In this document: in pieces, positions 24,292 to 37,400 of the stretch | Layout of the letters: the number at the start of each line of letters is the position of its first letter | Numbering within the stretch: position 1 is the stretch's first letter | NCBI GenBank assembly: GCA_026914245.1 | Contig: CP110439.1 | Location: 5,890,001-5,954,000, forward strand | Direction: 5' to 3' | DNA: 64,000 nt | Source of the DNA: Puccinia triticina | Taxonomy: Eukaryota | Notes under the pieces: generated by a model | The model's input: only the letters and a program-made list of their open reading frames with translations | Databases searched by the model: none | Told to the model about the DNA's origin: nothing | Translations under genes and position numbers: made by a program

Positions 24292-25506
24292 TTTAGGAGT
24301 CTGGGGTAGCCAACAGGGTAAACTTTAATCATCTTAGTCTATCCTCAGTTATGCATATACCATATCCTGTAGATACATGCATAACTGTGGCACAGTACAA
24401 CTTGTACTTAGTCTAACAAACACAACAGTACCTGTTCCCTTCTCTCCTCACCAAGATTGGACATGATACTGCGCGTGCTTGTACTCACCAGCAACACCTT
24501 TCTTACTGTTAGGTGAGTAGCAATCAATACCAAGATTGGCCCCAATACTGCGCTTTCTTGTACTCACCAGCAACACATTTCTTACTGTCAGATTTGCATT
24601 TGCCCCTTGGCCGTCTTATAGGTTAAAAGCCGAGCTCAACAAGTTGTTTGTTGAAATTTGAGTCCACTCTACGGGAAGCCAGAGGCTGAATGGTCGGTTG
24701 GTTGTGGAGGAAAATTGAAAGAGATCAAAGAGAAAGCAATAAAAAAGACATTAGAAAAACAAAAGCAAGAAAGAGAACTAGAAGAGAAAGAAAGACTAGA
24801 AGCAATCAAGAGAGCCAAAGATCATACAAATAGAACAATCAACCAATTCCCTCAACCTCAACTGATATAATAATGGCGGCAGCTCCTACCGCTGAAGAAT
24901 ATTATAATCTCAAAAATGAACTAGTGAGACTCGAAGGACTACTCAACAACAATCCGGTCCAACAGCAAGTTCATCATGTCCAACCCAACAGAAAAAACAG
25001 TGTCCTCACCAGTTTCCATAAGAAACCACTGGATTTGCACTACATGTACAACCCAAAAGAAAACCAACTGTTGATTGAGAAAGCAACAGCCTTCCGTGGT
25101 GTTCCACTCAACAGCAACTTCACGGGAAAGTGGGGCCTACAATGCCATTACTGAAAACAAAATGGGCATTGGTACAATGACTGCAGAGCGTTTTTGGAGG
25201 ACGTTGAGTTGGGCAAAATGTGACCCCCTCGGGATGGACATGATGCACCAGGCTCAAATTACTTGCCACCAAACCGGCCTTTTGGCAAACACAATTGCTT
25301 GCAACAACTCAATGTACCAGATATTGATGATGGTAAAATTCTCCTTGACTTGAGAGCATCCACCCATGTGAGTGGTTCACTTGCACTCTACACCTTGACG
25401 GAACAACTACTACAACCAAGGAAGATTCTGCTAGCAGTAGCTGACTGCTCTGTGGATGTTAGCTTGAAGGGCACAATCACAATTCCAACAAAGCAGGGCC
25501 CAGTCA
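24292..25506 (+). mobile_element. Truncated Ty1/Copia element: putative 5' LTR ~24292-24620, primer-binding site (PBS), gag and protease remnants
   Basis: Degenerate protease motif ILLDLRASTHVSG (cf. DSGAS.H) followed by LAVADCSVDVSLKGTITI. gag-like ORF at 24873-25154. Cut at 25507 by another LTR. The left LTR boundary is approximate. Confidence 0.6.
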
Positions 25507-25663
25507 TGCTATGGTTCTGCTTGGGGAGGGGGACTGGTCTTGGATCTTCTAGCTCTTATAGGTTGATTGCTAGATGGAGAAGAAGTGAGGATCTTCCCCC
25601 GGCTCTCATTTGAGGCAGAGAGCTGTGACATGTATGTACCGGTGTAACATGTCCCTGGCGTAG

Positions 25664-28600
25664 TGTAAGCCCCCTCCTTTGGGGTCTCACAAAGCTTTCA
25701 CAAAGATTATCACAGACTCGAGTATTTAGCCACGCCTCCTTCCACATCCTAGACGGTAGAGATCTTGCCCCCTACATCTCTCTGGGCTAGGTAAGCCTCC
25801 CCCCTTTTTCCTCCTTCTCCTTCTGTTTCCAGTTGTACGTACAAGAGATCTTGCCCCCTACATCTCTCCCAGCTAGCCCATCACAATCAAGTCCCCCACC
25901 GTTTGGAACTAGAAATCCGACCTTGTCCCTTTTCCTAGTCATATTCAGTGAGGGTCCACTGGACCCTTACACTTTCTTTTTCTCGTTCCAAACAACCTCG
26001 GACACTTGAATCCATCCACCATCCCGCCCACAGCCAAGTCAATTGTGACTTTTGAATTTTGCTCAGGAGTTGGCTGTGCTCCTCTTGCTCTTGCATCTGG
26101 TCATTTGTGACCTTCTTATCTGTGGACTATGTCGTTCAAACCTTGTCCTGGGTCATTTGCAACCCTCCTTTGTCCTTGCTGTTGGTCAATCATAGCCAAC
26201 CTCATCCTCATCTTCAGAAAATGCAACAATATCAAGGCTTGTCTCCCTTGGTGGGGTCAATGGGGTCCCCCTGTGAAGAAAGATTCCGCTCTGGAAGGCC
26301 CTTTGGCCAGTCAACTAACAGATGCAAAGAGCGCATCCAAAATCTGGAGTACCTTGTACGCCTCTTACTTGCTTGGTCCGGGCCAGTGCTCTTCAACTTT
26401 GCATCCTGGTCCCCAATTATCTCAACCGCTCCCTTGGCTGGATCTTTTTGGTATTTGATTGATCAGGGTCTTGTACCCATTTTATCCAACACAGTAGCAA
26501 AGTCTCTGACGCCCAATTGGCAGATCCAGAGGCTGAAGCAAAGAGTTCATCTAGACACCCCGTCAACTGTCTGCCCCGCCAGCACCCTGCCCAGCTTTCC
26601 GCCGCAATCCCTTTCTGCACTGTTTCCTGGCCATCTGGTGCCCCCCTCTTTGCCCCCATTACCGTTTTTGCTCTTGGATCCTGCATCTCTACCAGCCTTT
26701 GAGACCAACACCTTGGCAAATAAGCTCCCATTGACTCCACCTTCTCCCACTCCATCTACCTTGATGACACCCTCTTGCTCTTGGCTGCCAAGCCACTCCT
26801 CCACGTTCTCAGGACCCGTATCACCCAGCTCGCCCGCCTCAGCGCCCTCGGCTTCCTCCTCAGCTCCCGCGTCTCTGACATCCTTGCCAAGCTTCTCCTC
26901 ACCACCACCACCGCCGCTGCACCCAGCACACCCCACAGCTTGCTTGACTCCCTAGCTGCACTTGCCCCACACTCCGCGCCCTCCAACAAGCAGAAGCAGC
27001 AGCAGCGCACGCCCCTCCTCAGCGCCTGGGCCACCCTGCCCTCCAGCTCACCCATCATCAACCACAACACCCTCTTCAGCTTCTCCACCCAACTCGCCAA
27101 GCCTCTTGACTGTCTCCCGCCGCCTACCCTACTGCCCATTCCCTCTTCTGATCTCCAAATCCCCTCAGCTACCAACACCAACACCTCCACTGACAAGTTT
27201 GAAAAGAAAGATCGTACACCTTCCTTCACATCTCCTTCCCATTCCTTGCCCGCACATCCTTGCTTGTCCGCCACTCAAAACTCATCTCAACACTCAACCG
27301 GGCCATTGATACCAAGATTGCCAACACGCCCTGCACAATTGACAATCCCGCACTTGTTACACGTTCCAACCGCGCCACCTGCCCAGGTTTTTTCAGATAC
27401 TGCCCTGACCAAACCCATGCTGCCAGTACAATCATCAACACCATCTACCCTACCCAGCTTATTAACCTCTCCGGCAGGCTGCTGAAACCAGGAAAAAACA
27501 ATGATCACTTGCCTAAAAGTGACATGAAATAGTAAAAAGGCCCCTTTTTACTTTGCTATGTCACCTGAAGACAAGTGATTATTGTTTTTTCCTGGTTTCA
27601 CATCCTCCCTTTCTGCCCGCGTTGATCCACTCCTCACCCTTGACATCAGACTTGCTCCCCCCATTGTTTCTCCAAAAATTGCGACACGAACATCTTTGGC
27701 CCCAGAGGCTTCTCCAAAAAGCGTCACCCCCCCCAGCCACCGGAACAAAGCCCTCTATGTCTACCTCTCCTTCCAGCCATTTGCCTATCTGCTCCCCAGC
27801 CTCTACCTCCTTGCCCACACCCATCCCTGACCACCTCAGACTCAAACTGCCAATCCCTCTCCTTGACCAACCCACAGTTTTCCAAGCTCACTCTCAAAAT
27901 CCTTGTCTGGGAACATTTGTAGTGGGAGGCATGTCCATAGTGGAGGATGATGATAATGCAACAGTTGGAATTGAAGCAGCTGATGATGCAGGGACAACCC
28001 GCTTCTACACGGACAACATCACCAAGTATCTCAAGCTCCTCAAGGAGTATAACGCTGATGAATTGTGCTATGAGGAAACCAATCTAGAAATTTTGAAATC
28101 TTGTGGTGCAGAATTACACACTTCTCCACCTACCAGTACTGCAAACACAAAAAAAAAAAAAAAGAAAAAGAAGAAGAAGAACAAAACTTTAACCCAACTT
28201 CAACTCCCAACAACCCAGTTCTATTTTATGTTTGATGACCTCACCCTTGCCATTGCCCTTGCCTTTGCTCTTGCCCTCAACCTTGACCTCAACCTTGCCC
28301 TTGCGCCTTGTCAATTGTGACAACTTGACTTGATCAACTCTTGCCTCCCTTCCCTATCTTCAGTTATAATTCCCCGTGTCTTGAGCTTTTTTCTTTTTAT
28401 ATAGGAGGGGAGACTGTAAGCCCCCTCCTTTGGGGTCTCACAAAGCTTTCACAAAGAGTATCACAGACTCTAGTATTTAGCCACGCCTCCTTCCACATCC
28501 TAGCCGGTAGAGATCTTGCCCCCTACATCTCTCTAGGCTAGGTAAGCCTTCCCCCCTTTTCCTCCTTCTCCTTCTGTTTCTAGTTGTACTTACAACAGAT

Positions 28601-28734
28601 CTTGCCCCCTAGATCTCTCCCGGTTAGCCCATCGCAATCAAGTCCCCCACCGTTTGGAACTAGAAAGTTCCCCAAGGCTCCGACCTTGTCCCTTTTTCTT
28701 GTTGTCTTCAGTGAGGGTCCACTGGACCCTTAAA
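25664..28734 (+). mobile_element. Non-autonomous LTR retroelement, 3.07 kb; LTRs 25664-25971 and 28415-28734
   Basis: Direct repeats TGTAAGCCCC...GGACCCTTACA (ending TTAAA in the 3' copy). 5-bp TSD CGTAG. PPT ataggaggggagac at 28401-28414. Interior has only low-complexity Pro/Ser/Thr ORFs with no RT or integrase motifs. Confidence 0.9.
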
Positions 28735-29530
28735 CGTAGGCCATGGCGCGCACCGGAGCAGCTCATAACACTACTCCCCCCTTAACGCCCAAGCCCCGGC
28801 TCTGCGCTCTCTCCCCGGGCGGCAATAAAAAACCCTATGGGTAAAAATGACCACCCTCATATTCAACAAAACCTCTGTGTCCTTCTGTGCCTTGATGACG
28901 CGTTGGGGAATTTTTTATCAAAGTTGGCGCGTAATTACTTGTAATTTTTCAGATTGTTGACCGGTTCCCACGAGTTGTGTTCCGGCCCATATCCCTTCCA
29001 CACAATAAATTAATCCACGCGCTTCCCTTGCCTCCTGCAATCTAAAATTTCCCCCACCTCCCACTCGTTGGATCCCTTGACCTCCACTGGTCCCGGTTGC
29101 TCCACTGTGTGTCCCGCTATGGTGCCCGTTGTGTGTTTCCTCAGAACAAATACATGAAAGACAGGGTGTACCCCTTTCATTGAAACAGGCAGAGTCAGCT
29201 TGTATGCTCATTAGAAATTTTGGCCAAAATCGGGAATTGCCCAAGCCATTGGTGGCTCAGTTTGGGACACGGCCGGGTTTAGGATATGTTCCTGCTGTCA
29301 AGCCACACCACGTTCCAACCTCCCAGCTTGGGGTCTCTCTTACCCCCCAGTCAAATTGGGTCTTCATAGCTGATTGAGCCAGCTCCAGCCCTGCAGCCAG
29401 TTCCTGTTGCACCTCCGCAATCTTCCAGATTTGCCCCTCCACTGCGGGAAGGCACTGTTTGCTTGAAGGGATCCCTAATAGAACCTGAGATGGTTTGTGT
29501 TAGAATAATGATGATTACATGTAGAGAAAG

Positions 29531-29880
29531 TGTGAAGCCCCGCACGTCTTGCGGGTTTCACAAGGCCATACGGGCCATGTCACTTGTTGAGGACTATAGT
29601 TCAGCCTGTCCCCCTTGCCCCATCTAGCCTGGCAAAGACTCCGACCCCATTCTCTCTCTGCTTGGGCTAGGTAAGCCTTTCATCTTTTGTCTCTTCCTGA
29701 TGGTTCCTCTCAGGCTTGTACATAGACTAACTGAGAGACTCCGACCCCATTCTCTCTCTGCTTGGGCTAGCCACGCAATTCAAGCTCCCCGACTGTTGGT
29801 TCTAGAACTGCTAGGCCTTCGAGCCTGTCCCACCGTGCCTCTCCAGCCTCCGCTCAGTGAAGGGTCTCCTGACCCTTACA
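29531..29880 (+). mobile_element. Solo LTR, 350 bp, inserted in the Copia 3' LTR
   Basis: TGTGAAGCCCC...GACCCTTACA termini. 5-bp TSD GAAAG. Organisation resembles the LTRs of 25664-28734. Confidence 0.9.
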
Positions 29881-29983
29881 GAAAGGAGAAACACTTTATA
29901 TACATGTAATCATAAGAGCACACTATGGTATAGGTGAGAGCTAACTCAGTAACCCATACCAGGTTACAACACTCCCCCCTCAC

Positions 29984-32900
29984 CTAGACGCAAGACATTA
30001 TCCGCCTCCTGAATTTCTCAAACAGATCCCTCCCAAGGGCCTTAGTAAACACATCCGCCAATTGATCAGCGGTAGGAACCCAAACAAGATCTGTCTTCCC
30101 TTCAAAGATAGCTTGATTTGTGAGGTAAAATTCCCTGTCAACGTGGCGCACCCTTTTGTTAGCGGAGTCATCCGTGCTAACTCGGATTGCCGCCTGGTTG
30201 TCACAATGCAGATGGCCTTTGAAATCCTGTTTTAAAACGTCAGTGAGCAAATGTTTGACCCATAATACATGCCTCATGCCATGTATTCTGCTTGACAGGT
30301 GGATGCAGCTATCGTGGCAAAACGCCGAGATGCCCAGAGAACTGGGCAACCAAAAACTGATCAGTATACCATATGTTGATCTGCTGTGCTCCCCACCCCA
30401 TGACGCATTGCAAAAACACTTGAGGGCCTTGTTGCTGTTGTCCGGGACTAAGTCAAGTTGTATGTCTTTTGAGCCCGCTACGTACCCGAGAAGGTGTTTC
30501 ACACCTTTCCAATGGTTCACGCCGGGCTTTGCTGAGAAGCGGGCCAGAAAATTGACGGTGAAGGCGATGTCCGGCCGTGTGCCTACCGCTAGATAGCTCA
30601 GGGAACCTAGCACGGAAAGATAAGGCGTTGAGTCTGATTCAACTCCTTCCTCATCAGTCACCAATTACAAAGAGGGAGGTAAAGGTGTTTTAGCAGTGAA
30701 GGATCCATCCCAGTGATCTCGCAGGACCTGCTCAATTAGCTTTGGTTGCTTCAGGTGAAAACCCTTCTTACTTCTTTGAACCTGTAGACCCACGATTGAT
30801 TCAATCCCGTCACTCCATTTGATTTGAAGGATACCCTTAAGGCTGGTTTCAAGTCGCCGCAGAAGGACATCCTAGGAGCCTGTCACAATCCCTTCATCCA
30901 CATGTATCCAGATGATGCCGATTTTGCTCGAGTGCTGTAGGGTGTAGAGGCTGTTATCATATTGGCTGGCTTGGTAGCCCAGGTCAGTAAGGATACCTTT
31001 TAGGTGCAGCCACCAACACCGCACTGCCTGTTTTGTGCCATACAGTGACTTGTGGAGCTTCATCGCATAGCCAGGTGGCAGCTTCATACCTTCCGGTGCC
31101 TTAACCCACACCTCTTCATTGATAGGAGAGTTAAGGTATGCTGTGACAAAGTTGAAAGACCTGACCGGCCAGTTGAACTTAGCTGCAAGCGTAAAGATCA
31201 AGCGCATTGACACAAACATTGCGGTCGGGGCGCATGTTTTGTTGAAATCGTAGCCTTCAATCTGGGTGAATCCCTTTGCTACATACCTGGCCTTCCATCG
31301 TACAACTTCTGATTGATTGTTTGACTTTCCTGCAAAAACCCATCTACTGTCTAGAGGTTTTCGTCCCGCCGGACACGGTAACGCTGACCAGACCTTCATC
31401 CGCAGGAGGTTACCCAGCTCTTCTTCTATCGCTGCTTGCCACTTATCCCATTGCGCTGACTTCTCGGCCTGTTTGTAAGTCCGTGGAACTGTAGCTGCAA
31501 AAAAAGAACATTCTTGCAACAACCTATCCATAATCAGTTCCTGCTGCACAATCAGTTTATCTGCGCTGAAATCTCCAAGGGTTAGCTTGTTCATGATGAA
31601 CCCCAGTTTGTGTTTATCTGGTGAGGCAGCAACTGTTTTCTCAGTCATCCAAGGTTCAGCAGCTGCTACTGGACTATTGTCAGATACACGTAAGACCGTG
31701 TCTTTGCTACTCATCTGCTTTTGCTCCGTTGGCCGTTTGTCTTGCCATTGCACTACAGCCGACGCCACCAGTTGATTCTTCCCGGGGACCCAGAAAATCC
31801 AGCCTTTGCTATTGTTGCAGTTGGCCACAACTTGTCCTTCCAACACACGATCGTTGAGCTTCTTTCTCTTCTCCACCGGGATGTGAAGGAAACCAGTCTC
31901 CCCAAAGATCCGTGCCACATTGGGCTGAGGTTTGCAATTGAAAAAAGCTTCCCACAGTGACTTGCTCGGGATCCGATCCAAAGTGTCACTCGCCCATATG
32001 TAGCTGAACCCCCAGAAAGACTTATCCAAACTGCTATCAATTAGAAGTGTCCTCCCCATTTCGCTCAGTGTCCTGTTGTAACGCTCAATTGCACCGTTTT
32101 GATAGTGATGGTAGGGTAAAGCACGTTCAGCAGTAATACCACATTCACTCAAGATTTTTAGAAGAACCAGGCTGTTAAACTCGCCACCATTGTCACTTTG
32201 TACCGTTTTGACCTTGTTTCCTGTGATAGTTTCCCACCTTTTGATGGTTGATATCAGCAAATTGCACGCCTGATCCTTAGTCTTCATGATTTTTGCTTTG
32301 GAGTAAACTGTCCCTAAATCCCAAATTGTGAGCACAAAAAGTCCCGCATTGAACGTTGTAATTTGGAACAGCCCTATGATATCACACAATATTACTGCCA
32401 ATCGTTCTAGAACTCTGTCAGTACTTGTCAATCTGTTCCTCAGAACGCTCGTTGCTATGGCACATGTAGAGCACTTGATCTCCCCTGGCGGAAGAATCTT
32501 TGGAAGCCCCGTCACTAGCCCAAGCTTACAAATCCTCCTGATTTTTCTGAGACTTGCGTGGTCAAATAACCTATGCCAGTACACTAGAGTCTTCTCATTG
32601 TTTGTCAGTTCTTTTCCTGCCAAGGACTCTTGCTGTGGCACATCAACAGGTATCAAGAAACTTGTCCTTAGTTGCAAACGTTCAGGAGTAGATATAGGAC
32701 AAAAGGACGGAGTAGCAGATGAAGCAGGTAGCGCCAAAGATATGCTTGGGGAAGGGAAAGTAACAGGAACCGGGTTAGGTAACGGGAAAATCCATTTGTT
32801 CTGGCAAGTGATAAAAGAACAAGAGAAGAGTTTTGATCCAGCCCTGCTGAAAATCTCGTAGCAATCCCGTTCTACATTATACGTAAAGAACGAATTAGCT

Positions 32901-34470
32901 TTGCGGATTGCAGCTAGTGAGATAAGAATGGTTCTTGCTAGCTTACAGTACAGCACCCCGTGAATAGTAACACGTTGGTTTTCAAGCCCGTTGAACTGCA
33001 GGTCACCTTGGCCGGTGATAAAAGCGGGACTACCTTCTGTCGCAACTTTAAGGGTAATAGGGGAAGGAAATGAGCAAAAATTGAAGAGAAAACGTTTGTC
33101 ACCACACAAATGGTGTGACGCACCAGAATCAACTATTGGTGCCCCTTCCGCCATATCCACGTCAATCTGGCCAAATTGAAGGTTTGCCAGATCCTCCGTC
33201 AGGTCCCCAAGCTCCACAAACTGAGCCCTTCCGCCCGCCCCCAACTCCGCAGCATCTGTTGTTGCCAACCTTGCATTTGCCTGTGCCAGGCGGTGCAAGT
33301 CGACTTGCTGCAGGCGGTACTGCGGTCGATAGGAGTCATTGCAAGACCAATTGGGTTCTTGATGTCTGGTGTTTGTTGATGTGGCTTGAGACTGTCCTAT
33401 CGGTCTTGCTGGCGGAACAACGGACGGGTAAGTGCCAACCGAGCCAATGGGCGCCACAATCGGGTAGAAGGGTTGAAATCCAGGATGTTGGCTGGTTGTT
33501 GGGTACTGATTTTAAGGGCGGGTGGAGCAAAGGATCTGTTTCCGTTCCAAGGGTGCTGGGTGTTCGGGCAGTTGCGCTGGATATGCCCCGGGGATCTACA
33601 TAGAAAGCAAACCCCAGCTCGCGTTGCCGCCGCTTCAACTTTGCTGTACTGTCCTTTGCCCGAGAAGACCGGTTGTTGAGGAGGGGCAGGCCGATTGACC
33701 CCAACATTCATGGCGAGTGCCGGCGCAGTTGATGTTTGCTGACCTTGGCTCCGCATTTTGGTCTGATGTTGGAGATTCTGGCGGACGATCCCAATCGTCC
33801 TGATGATCGATTTGAAATCTTCAACTGTCCCTGTTCTTGATCTGGACAATGACTGCTCGATGCAACGGTCAACCTCCTCCATCAGTTCCGGCTCCGATCC
33901 CAGACTGTTTTGGAGGATAAGACCAGCTAGTTGGTTCCTGGTGGGTGTGATGTTGAGTTGAGCCAACTCATCGAGTTTGTTGTTGATTCCTGCGGCCATA
34001 GTGGCTGCCGTTGGGTGGTTGCTGACGTTGAATCGCAATAGACATTGGAAACAGTTGAGCTGTGCAGCTTGGCTAACCACATTGAATCTGGCGCAGATTT
34101 CAATCAACATGCTGGACGCAAAAGGGAGTCGTTGTAAGTCTTGTTGCAGGGATCTATTGACGGAGGATATCAGAATGGAGCGGGCAATCCTCTCATGGTG
34201 AGCACTTGTTGATTCATATGCCAGATAGTCCGGGTCGTTGATTGCGTCGCGGAGCCTTTCTTTGAGAAATTATTCCCAGACCCCCAGGTTACTACCGTCA
34301 GCAAGCAGTCTGTCAGCGTCTCTGATATGTCCTGAGACAGCGGAAATGATTGCTGAGGCATTTCGATTGTCGGCAAGGTTCACCGGCACTGGTAGACGGG
34401 CTTGCTGGTGGGGTGCTCTGTTGATTTCAACGTTTGCCAAGGGGTTTGCGGGATTGGCGTTGGGATCCAT
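29984..34470 (-). pseudogene. Copia gag-pol, disrupted
   Basis: CCHC knuckle CFLCRSPGHIQRNC. Protease IVDSGASHH. GAG-pre-integrase WHRLFDH...CSTC. Integrase SDNGGEF/QNGAIERYNRT. RT KARYVAKGFTQ, SLYGTKQA, HVDE. RNase H CDNQAAI...DQLADVFTK. Split across several ORFs. Confidence 0.92.
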
Positions 34471-37400
34471 GTTTATGGGTTGGTGGGGTTATGGAATAAA
34501 AAAGAGAAAAAAAAGGAATGGGGAAAGAGAAGAAAAAAAAACGGAGCGGAACTGAGGATTGAAGATAGGGGGGGATGTGTGAAGTGAGATTGTACAGGGG
34601 AAAAGGAAGAAAAAAATTTGTCAATCGAGAGATGTAGAGATGTATGTTTTTTTTTTTTTTTTGGATTTTTGTATGTTTAGGGTTAAGACTTTTACAATTT
34701 TCAGAGAGATATGAGGGAAAGAGAAAGAATAGGCTGTGACGGAGAGGAAGAGAAAAAAAACTGGCGGATACAATGAGGATAAAATTCAGAATTTTGGTAA
34801 GACGGAGGTTGGCCACAAGTCAATGAATATGAAAACGCTGTTCAGCCCTTGAACTCAGCGTCCTGAGTCAAGATATACACTTGGATAGCTAATCCTTGTA
34901 TAGCTTACTTAGTGAAATGAAAACAGAGGACTGGAGATTGATCAATCAAGAGAAGTTGACGAGAACACTGAGTATATGATAGACAAGGTTGAAGATACGC
35001 AAATAGAGAAGACCAATGACAAGAGAGAAGCAGATAAAACAATGCGCAAGTAGACTTGGTTCACGAGTGAAGACTGGAGAGAAAATGATTTTCAAGAAAA
35101 AATGAGAGATATAGGCTCATAACCTAATAGAACCTGAGATGGTTCATGGTAGAATAATGATGATTACATGTAGAGAAAGGAGAAACACTTTATATACATG
35201 TAATCATAAGAGCATACTATGGTATAGGTGAGAGCTAACTCAGTAACCCATACCGGGTTACAACAATCCCCCCATGCGTTGGGTTGAATCTGTAATTGGC
35301 TTTGAACGGCAACATCCCGGTGGATTTGTGATGGTTGTTGTTGTGTGCAAATTCGGCCATGGCAAGTAATGGCTCCCAGTTATCCTGATGGTATCCTACA
35401 AAGTGCCTGAGATACTGTTCAACAGCCTTGTTAGCGGTCTCCAACTGCCCGTCCATCCTAGGGTGGTGAGCAGTTGACGGCAGGAGGCGGATCCCTAGTT
35501 GCCAGCTGAGCTCCCTAGTGATCTGTGAGACAAAAATACTTCCCCTATTCAACACGACTGTCTTTGGGGTCCCATGGAGTTTCCATACGTGTTGCAGCAT
35601 CAAGTCTGCCAACCCCTCTGCGTCCGTGGTCTTTTTACAAGGAATGAAGTGGGCCATCTTGGTTAGGCGGTCCACCACGGTCAGGATACTGTTGCTGCCG
35701 CTGGAGTCCGGTAAATCTGTGATCAAATCATATGAGATGTTGTCCACGGGCCAGCCGGGATTGGCAGCGGCTCAAGCATGCCAAACGGTTTCTTGGTTAC
35801 CGCTTTGGTTCTTTGGCAGGAGTTGCAGCCGTCAATGTAACGGTTTACAAACCACTTCTGAAAAGGCCAGCTGAAACATTGCCTCACCAGCGCTAGCGTC
35901 TTTTCTCTGCCCGGGTGTCCAGCTAATTGGCAGTCGTGTCTGCTGCAAAGTATGGCCGTCTTGATGGTGTTGTCATTGGGTACTTCAATCACCCCTTGTC
36001 TGTACACAACATACTTTGACGTGTTGCCACCCTGCACGTTGTCCCCGTTATCCTGGCAGTCAGCTACAATGCTTAACAGTTGATTGTCAGATTGTGTAGT
36101 AATTTTGATACAACTTATCAGTTTGGTGTCCAACGGGTCCTCCTCTCTCTGTGCGTTGTGGTGATTTATATAGGCAAGCGCGGTAGAAGGTCCACTCGGT
36201 GATAGCGCGGGCGGGAATGCACAGAGCGGCTCAGGCAGAGTGCTTTCTGGTGACATAAGCACTGAGGATTATGTCAGAAAAGCACGCTAGGAAAGCTTAC
36301 GGAAAATCACGCGGGGACCGGAATGCACAGATTGCGAATTTTGGATTGGGTATTCCAATTGGAGCGGAAAAAACAGGGCTGGCCTGCGGCGGACTACACA
36401 CGTGGACTGATAGCAGCGGCGTGTCAGCGGGTGAGCCACAACAGCCGAATCGGGTCCCACCAGCAGGTGGAACCAGGGTGGAGGCAGTGGTGAGAGACTG
36501 ACTGGCGGGGGCTAGACAGAGGACGATGGGAGGTCAAGCGTTGGAGATGAGCGGAGTCTGGGAGAGTGACGTGCGGAAGAGAGGTTGGAGATGGAGGACT
36601 AGTGCGGGAAAGTGTCAGACATGCGGGATTGGGTGGGAACGGCAATGTGCGTGGAGGGAAGGATGGGAAAAAGGGGCTCATGGATTTCTCTTCTCAAGGG
36701 GGGGATAATCCTATCATCTCACGGATTACTCATTATTGTACCTACATTTACGGACATACGAGAGTAGTAGGAGAGTTATACGGATATTTATCTTTACTTT
36801 TTGAGAGTTACTTGCAGAACACAAAGCTTTATTCACTTGTGGATTATTATGCTATAGATCAGGCTCAGAGCGCTGAAGGCTAGTGGAAATTAGAAGCGGG
36901 GAGCCAAGTCACCAACAATCACACAGCCCGGACACATAACCTTGAAGGAGGCGGTGAGCAGATATTTCCAATGACTTACCAGCTTTTATTCTCAAAAGCA
37001 GGGGTCTGGCTGGGAACCCAACTTTGTGTTGTTATTGGATACTTGGGAACAAAATATGTGTGGAAATGTTGAATGAACCCTTTGGAAGGCAAATTCTTTA
37101 CTCCAGGCAACAAAGAAGCTCAGATCGGATCAGGCGGCTTGGACAGTGGAGACACAGTAACTGCGGAAAGCAGAGAAGGCTCTTCCTCAAGACCAGCCAA
37201 AACACAATTGTGGTTGGGAGCAGCGGGAAGACCAAGACTAGGGCAATTATCCTTTTTGTCAGCGCGGAGTCAGTTTTCACCTAATCAGTCAATTGCAGGA
37301 AGGAGGCAACAGCTGTATCAGCGGTCCACTCTGAATGACCAACCTGGGGTGTCAACTGGAGGAACGGCAAGCGGAACTTACGGAGTTCAACCAGAGGAGA

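Larger units (their letters stand above)
29476..35265 (-). mobile_element. Full-length but defective Ty1/Copia retrotransposon with 141-bp LTRs
   Basis: LTRs at 35125-35265 and 29476-29971 (the latter interrupted). 5-bp TSD ATCCC. PBS GGTTATGAGCC. PPT gaggggggag. Domain order gag-PR-IN-RT-RH. Confidence 0.95.
25507..36700 (-). mobile_element. Degenerate Ty3/Gypsy element (integrase plus 3' LTR) hosting nested insertions; 5' end not found
   Basis: Integrase at 36262-35266 (GHPGREKT, C..C, VVDRLTKMAHFIPC). It continues across the Copia insertion as NPTHGGI|PSSKQCLPAV...IAEVQQEL. Polypurine tract (PPT) aaggggggagtag at 28783-28771. 3' LTR TGTTATG...CATAGCA is 188 bp, split into 28770-28740 and 25663-25507. 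Confidence 0.8.

Noticed and set aside
36697..37020. PPT plus LTR, or the 5' LTR of the 37-kb Gypsy element
   Set aside because: No second copy, clean TG...CA ends, PBS or TSD could be shown.
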